From the NCBI GenBank assembly GCA_048885865.1, contig JBHLLF010000046.1, positions 1-20,099 of the forward strand: DNA of 20,099 nt, in the 5' to 3' direction. Below, one piece after another: positions 15,641-20,099 of the stretch. Below the pieces are notes generated by a model. That model was given only the letters and a program-made list of their open reading frames with translations. It was not told where the DNA came from and made no database searches. Each line of letters opens with the position of its first letter. The first letter of the stretch is position 1. The stretch is from Candidatus Hermodarchaeota archaeon (GTDB lineage: Archaea > Asgardarchaeota > Thorarchaeia > Thorarchaeales > Thorarchaeaceae). Both the position numbers and the translations under genes were made by a program.

Positions 15641-17283
15641 TGAAATTCTCAGAGCGATGGAAACTTGCAGGAATCATTTCAGGAGAGGTGAGGTTCAAAG
15701 GTTATCTGGAGATGAATCCATCGAACCTTGCGAGGGTGAAAGAGAATCCGGAGAAAATCGCTCGAAGTATAAAGTCTAGCAGCCGATTCAGTACTTTCAT
15801 AACAACTGCTCTTGTGTTCTCGCTAGCCGTATTAACTGCAGTTATGGCTTTTGTAGATGACAGCATCGGTGTTCCCGAGACACGGTTGGCAGTAGGACTC
15901 TCGCTCTTCCTAGTTCTCAGCTTTGTATTGTTGATATTCCTCAATCTGTCTGTGACCACCGGCTTCTTCACTGCTGACGTTATCAGTTTCCCTGCAACTC
16001 TGCCATTAAGCAAAAGAGACCTCGATGAGCTATCATTACTTGCCTTCATCAGAGTGTTCATCGCACCAACAATTCTGATTCTCACTATCTTTCCAGTGAT
16101 CACGTTTATCGCAATAGGATCAGGTCCTGCTCTTGTGGCACTTGCTGGGTGCGCTGCAACTGTGTCACTCGCATTAGGAGCATTGACAAAGCTCGCAATT
16201 TGGTTTCGAAGGCAGTCCCTTCAAGTCGATGGCTCAAAAGCGAATACGCTCGTCAGAGTGTCAGCATCAATAGGACTTGCACTTGGTATGGTAGTCGCGT
16301 TTAGCATGGGTAGCTGGCTGTCCCCTCTGATTCATTTCATTGCTGACCTGTCTACTGGAATAGGCAATCAAGGATCATCATTTCTAGCCTTGTTATTTCC
16401 ATTCTCGTTTGGATTCCTGGCGTCTGCAGTGCAGTTCGGCCTTGCACTACCCTACGCCACTATCCTTGCAGCTTTAGGTGCCTCATGTGTGTATGCAATG
16501 CTAGCAGTCATATCTTATCGGCGAACAGGTAATGCACTCCAACGGGTCACTGTGGGAGGAGTATCGAGTAAAAGGACTCTTGAGCTGCGTGAAATCACAC
16601 TGAAGACAAAGACAGTTCTAAGGTCAATCATCAACAAGGATCTCAAACTAGCGACACGAAATATTGGCTCTTCGTTTGTATTCATCATCCCGCTATTCCT
16701 GGCAGTCTTCCTCTATCCAATGATGGCAGGCTGGTCTGAGTCCGAGGCATTACGAAGTCTCACGGCTCTCGTTTCCGTCGAATATGGCAACTTCTTTGCT
16801 GGAATTACAATCATCTCGGTCATGATGTTTGACACTCAAGGAGCCTCAATTCAGGCTGGACTTCCCATCAGATCAAGGAAGATGCTGAATGCCAAAGTTG
16901 CTATGGCTATGTTCCCATATGTGGGATCAATGATATTGGTCTCTATTCTCCTGTCATTGTTTCCATTGACATCACCCTTGATACCTCTCATTCCATTGGT
17001 TCAGATTCCTTGTGGATATACCGTCGCACTAGCTGTAGGCGCCTTCACATATTGGAAGCGAGGTGATGGTCGCGCTGTTTCCATTAGTGTAGTGGCAGAC
17101 TCTGGCATGACCTTTCTTGCTGCAATCATTGGAGCAGTAGTCGGGATTGTGCCACTAGTAGGCTATGGTGTAGCAATGATTCTAACTGGGAATCACATTA
17201 TCAGTCTGGCCACTCAGGTTGCAGTGATGATGGTAGAGCTTGTCCTGATTCAAAGCCAAGCTCCCAAGGTATTGAAGGATTGA
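15640..17283 (+). CDS. ABC exporter permease (about 12-14 TM helices, two-repeat type)
   Basis: Highly hydrophobic, with two TLPL/GLPI-type coupling motifs and a central IINKDLKLATRN segment. GTG start overlaps the ATPase stop. Confidence 0.85.
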   Translation: MKFSERWKLAGIISGEVRFKGYLEMNPSNLARVKENPEKIARSIKSSSRFSTFITTALVFSLAVLTAVMAFVDDSIGVPETRLAVGLSLFLVLSFVLLIFLNLSVTTGFFTADVISFPATLPLSKRDLDELSLLAFIRVFIAPTILILTIFPVITFIAIGSGPALVALAGCAATVSLALGALTKLAIWFRRQSLQVDGSKANTLVRVSASIGLALGMVVAFSMGSWLSPLIHFIADLSTGIGNQGSSFLALLFPFSFGFLASAVQFGLALPYATILAALGASCVYAMLAVISYRRTGNALQRVTVGGVSSKRTLELREITLKTKTVLRSIINKDLKLATRNIGSSFVFIIPLFLAVFLYPMMAGWSESEALRSLTALVSVEYGNFFAGITIISVMMFDTQGASIQAGLPIRSRKMLNAKVAMAMFPYVGSMILVSILLSLFPLTSPLIPLIPLVQIPCGYTVALAVGAFTYWKRGDGRAVSISVVADSGMTFLAAIIGAVVGIVPLVGYGVAMILTGNHIISLATQVAVMMVELVLIQSQAPKVLKD

Positions 17284-17383
17284 TTAGTTTAGCCACACTT
17301 GGCGAAGCTTAAAATACACGGACATGGGCCAATCCACTGAAGCTGCGCTTAGGCAGAACTAGTCATTAATGGATGATTGGACG

Positions 17384-18046
17384 ATGAAACCACTGTTGGC
17401 ACCATCAATTCTCTCTGCTGACTTCGCAAACTTGGAGCGAGATATCAAAGCCGCTGAGAAAGGGGGAGCAGACTACTTCCATCTTGACATAATGGATGGG
17501 CATTTTGTGCCCAATATCTCATATGGACCAATGATTGCCAAGACCATGAAACGCATCACGGATGTTCCATTAGATGCTCACCTCATGATAACAAAGCCAA
17601 GGGAGTATATACCCAAGTTCCTCGATGCTGGTGTAGAAATCCTTTATCCACATATCGAGGCTTCTTACGATGTCTATAGAACAGTACAGCTCATCAAAGA
17701 TCTTGGAGGGAAAGCGGGTATAACTCTGAACCCTGGAACTCCAGTTTCCCACGTCATGCCGCTTCTAGACCTACTCGATTCAGTTCTACTCATGAGTGTG
17801 TGTCCCGGATTCGGGGGACAATCCTACATAGAGCCGGTTACGGGGAAGATAACTGAACTGAGAACTTTGCTTGATGATTATAAGCCAGAAGTTCGCATTG
17901 CAATTGATGGAGGCGTAAAGAAAGATAACATAGCGAGCATTCGCAGGGCAGGTGCCGACTTCTTCATTGCCGGCTCAGCAGTATTCAAAGCTGATAACAT
18001 AGAGCAAGAAGTCAGAAAACTCAAAGCGCTGCTCGATACTGCCTAA
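17384..18046 (+). CDS. rpe: Ribulose-phosphate 3-epimerase
   Basis: APSILSADF, HLDIMDGHFVPN, DAHLM, LNPGTP, MSVCPGFGGQ, IDGG and AGSAVF. Start at 17384 preferred (17369 is an alternative). Confidence 0.97.
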   Translation: MKPLLAPSILSADFANLERDIKAAEKGGADYFHLDIMDGHFVPNISYGPMIAKTMKRITDVPLDAHLMITKPREYIPKFLDAGVEILYPHIEASYDVYRTVQLIKDLGGKAGITLNPGTPVSHVMPLLDLLDSVLLMSVCPGFGGQSYIEPVTGKITELRTLLDDYKPEVRIAIDGGVKKDNIASIRRAGADFFIAGSAVFKADNIEQEVRKLKALLDTA

Positions 18047-18115
18047 CCGAACCGTTTTAATCGAGTATAGTAGTTCATCCCAGCAATAACTCCATAGACG
18101 GGAGATGATGACAAG

Positions 18116-18763
18116 TTGAAGTTCTTTATTGACACTGCGAATGTCGATGCAATACGAAAGGCACACGAACGTGGCATGGTGGATGGTGTGACCACAAATC
18201 CATCTCTGGTCGCAAAAGAAGGGAAAGACTTTAGAAAAATCGTTGACGAGATAGCTTCTTTTGTTGAAGGCCCCATAAGCTTGGAAGTCGTGAGTGAAGA
18301 CGCAGAGGGCATGCTCAAAGAGGCTAGAGAGCTTAATAGCTGGATTGACAACGCCGCAATCAAGGTGCCTCTCACATGGGAAGGACTCAAGGCCACCAAG
18401 GTATGCGCAGATGAAGGTATCAAGACCAATGTCACTCTGTGCTTCAGCGCAAACCAGGCCATTCTAGCTGCCAAGGCAGGTGCAACATTTGTTTCACCCT
18501 TTATTGGTAGATTAGATGATATAGGTCACACTGGAATGGAACTCATTGAAGCCATCGTGCAAATCTACTCAAACTACGCCTTTGACACAGAGATTATCGT
18601 TGCCAGCATCAGGCACCCAATCCATGTCTATGAGGCTGCACTGCTGGGAGCCGATATAGCAACCATTCCTCCTGCAGTTCTCGACAAGATGGTGAAACAT
18701 CCTTTGACAGACATCGGCATTGAGAGATTCCTAGCTGATTGGGACAAGGTTCCTAAGAAGTAG
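18116..18763 (+). CDS. tal: Transaldolase (short TalC/FSA-fold subfamily)
   Basis: [14 protein letters not shown] and Schiff-base Lys in IKVP. Glu in ISLEV and Phe in SPFIGR are the transaldolase-type residues (FSA has Gln/Tyr). TTG start; BRE/TATA-like CCGTTTTAAT at about 18052-18061. Confidence 0.93.
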   Translation: MKFFIDTANVDAIRKAHERGMVDGVTTNPSLVAKEGKDFRKIVDEIASFVEGPISLEVVSEDAEGMLKEARELNSWIDNAAIKVPLTWEGLKATKVCADEGIKTNVTLCFSANQAILAAKAGATFVSPFIGRLDDIGHTGMELIEAIVQIYSNYAFDTEIIVASIRHPIHVYEAALLGADIATIPPAVLDKMVKHPLTDIGIERFLADWDKVPKK

Positions 18764-18873
18764 ATGTAGGGCAAAGAGTAATCAACAATCGCATGTAAAT
18801 CAGGGCGGGCGCAACACAAGAAGTAGGATATATCAGTATCCTGAAATCCTTCATCAATTGGAGGCACCAATCT

Positions 18874-20099
18874 TTGGAACTAGAGGCAGACCTTGTCGTA
18901 TTCAACGGCAATATCATAACGATGGACCCACACAATCCGAAGGCAACAGCTTTGGCTGTGAAGAGCTACAAAATACTAGCAATTGGCGACGATGATTTGA
19001 TTGCCGACTTGGTGCCAAGTGCGAGAAGAGTCATCGATCTTGGAGGGAAGACGGCAGTTCCAGGATTTGTTGACGCACACACTCATTTTACTGGAGATGG
19101 GTACAAATCAAATCACGTCCATCTTCATGATGCAACTTCCTTGGAAGAAGCCATCCAGATATTGAAGGATGCACTGCCTGTCTATAAGGAAGGAAACTGG
19201 GTTATTGCATTCGGATGGGACGAGAGCCAATGGCCGAAGAAGCGGTACCTCAATGCCAAAGACTTGGACAAGGTGTCCAAAACGCACCCTATCTTTGCCA
19301 CCAGAATCGACGGGCATCTTGTTTCAACCAATACTCTTGGTCTCGAGAAGCTAGGGATTCCAGTAGACCAAGAGGGGGTCATGAAGGATACCAAGGGAAA
19401 TCCAAATGGAGTCCTCAAGGACATTGAGGGGATTCATGGGAAGATCCCGAAAACCGATGATGAGATTCAACAGGGCATCATTGCGGGAAACAGGATTGCC
19501 AATCAGCTTGGAATTACCACAGTAGTAGACAACGCCGCATCTGGTACACTTCGACATCTCCGCGAAGTTGAACGAAATGACAACCTTACAGTGCGCACCG
19601 TCTTCAATCCGCCAGTCGATCAGATAAATCACCTGATTAAGTTGGGGCTTTCATCTGGAATGGGAAGTCCAATGGTGAGAATAGGGGGAGTCAAAATATT
19701 CACCGATGGCTCAATTGGAGCAGAAACTGCCTGCATGTCTAAGGAATATAAGGGAAACAAGGGTAGCAAAGGCAGGTTGCTGATGGATAAGAGAGAATAC
19801 TCGAAGATTATCAAGAAAGCAATCAAGAACAACATACAGACTGTGACACATGCCATTGGTGATGCCGCCATTGAGATGGTGATAGCTGCCTTTGAAGACC
19901 TGAAGGATAAATCAATGATTAGAGAGCAGAGGCATCGAATTGAGCATGCTGAGATGATTAGTGAGTGGCAAATACGTCGAGCTGTTAGCCTTGGGCTGAT
20001 TCTTTCAATGCAGCCTAATTTCGTCGGCAAATGGCAACTCCCGGGAGGACTCTATGAGAGCAGAGTGGATGGCGAAACATTCCGAGGAATGAATATGTT
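18874..20099 (+). CDS. Metal-dependent amidohydrolase, YtcJ-like (amidohydrolase 3); runs off the window
   Basis: Not in the ORF track; translated by hand from TTG at 18874 (GGAGG RBS at 18860): ADLVVFNGNIITMD...IDLGGKTAVPGFVDAHTH...GWDE...RIDGH...VKIFTDGSIG...HAIGDAA...RHRIEHAE...SMQPNF. Confidence 0.93.
   Translation, partial: MELEADLVVFNGNIITMDPHNPKATALAVKSYKILAIGDDDLIADLVPSARRVIDLGGKTAVPGFVDAHTHFTGDGYKSNHVHLHDATSLEEAIQILKDALPVYKEGNWVIAFGWDESQWPKKRYLNAKDLDKVSKTHPIFATRIDGHLVSTNTLGLEKLGIPVDQEGVMKDTKGNPNGVLKDIEGIHGKIPKTDDEIQQGIIAGNRIANQLGITTVVDNAASGTLRHLREVERNDNLTVRTVFNPPVDQINHLIKLGLSSGMGSPMVRIGGVKIFTDGSIGAETACMSKEYKGNKGSKGRLLMDKREYSKIIKKAIKNNIQTVTHAIGDAAIEMVIAAFEDLKDKSMIREQRHRIEHAEMISEWQIRRAVSLGLILSMQPNFVGKWQLPGGLYESRVDGETFRGMNM

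Noticed and set aside
11848-17283. ABC ATPases/permeases as the missing CcmA/CcmB
   Set aside because: The permeases are far larger than CcmB and have drug/lipid-exporter features; there is no CcmC or CcmE nearby.
18043-18474. 143-aa minus-strand ORF, and an fsa call for 18116-18763
   Set aside because: The ORF is antisense to transaldolase, and the active-site Glu/Phe argue against FSA.
18825-18842. AGGATA-N6-TATCCT inverted repeat before the amidohydrolase
   Set aside because: Only 6-bp arms and a single occurrence, so compatible with chance.
19108-20030. Short ORFs on both strands at the right end
   Set aside because: They lie within the continuous amidohydrolase frame starting at 18874.
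1-20099. tRNA/rRNA, CRISPR array, IS elements, selenocysteine/pyrrolysine read-through
   Set aside because: No cloverleaf, repeat-spacer array, transposase or in-frame stop interrupting a conserved domain was seen by eye; a covariance-model scan would be needed to exclude small RNAs.

Overview
Gene-dense archaeal-looking chromosomal window. TATA-like boxes, N-glycosylation-sequon-rich surface proteins with Ig-like modules and a membrane-tethered wHTH regulator fit an Asgard/Thorarchaeia-like host, but the taxonomy is my inference. The left third (minus strand) is a redox/cytochrome c locus: a surface-anchored multiheme cytochrome c (7 CxxCH plus non-canonical CxxCM and CX10CH motifs), a large membrane-anchored (alpha/alpha)6-barrel/Ig-like protein, a stand-alone CcmF/NrfE-type heme lyase and a partial iron-sulfur flavoprotein with an altered Cys motif. 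The rest is plus strand: mutS, a membrane protein plus GT87 glycosyltransferase, two ABC exporter operons with a membrane-anchored ArsR-like regulator between them, rpe, transaldolase and a partial YtcJ-type amidohydrolase. I saw no RNA genes, CRISPR arrays or mobile elements. The best novelty candidate is the cytochrome with a CxxCM motif next to what may be its own dedicated heme lyase and an unexplained accessory protein.
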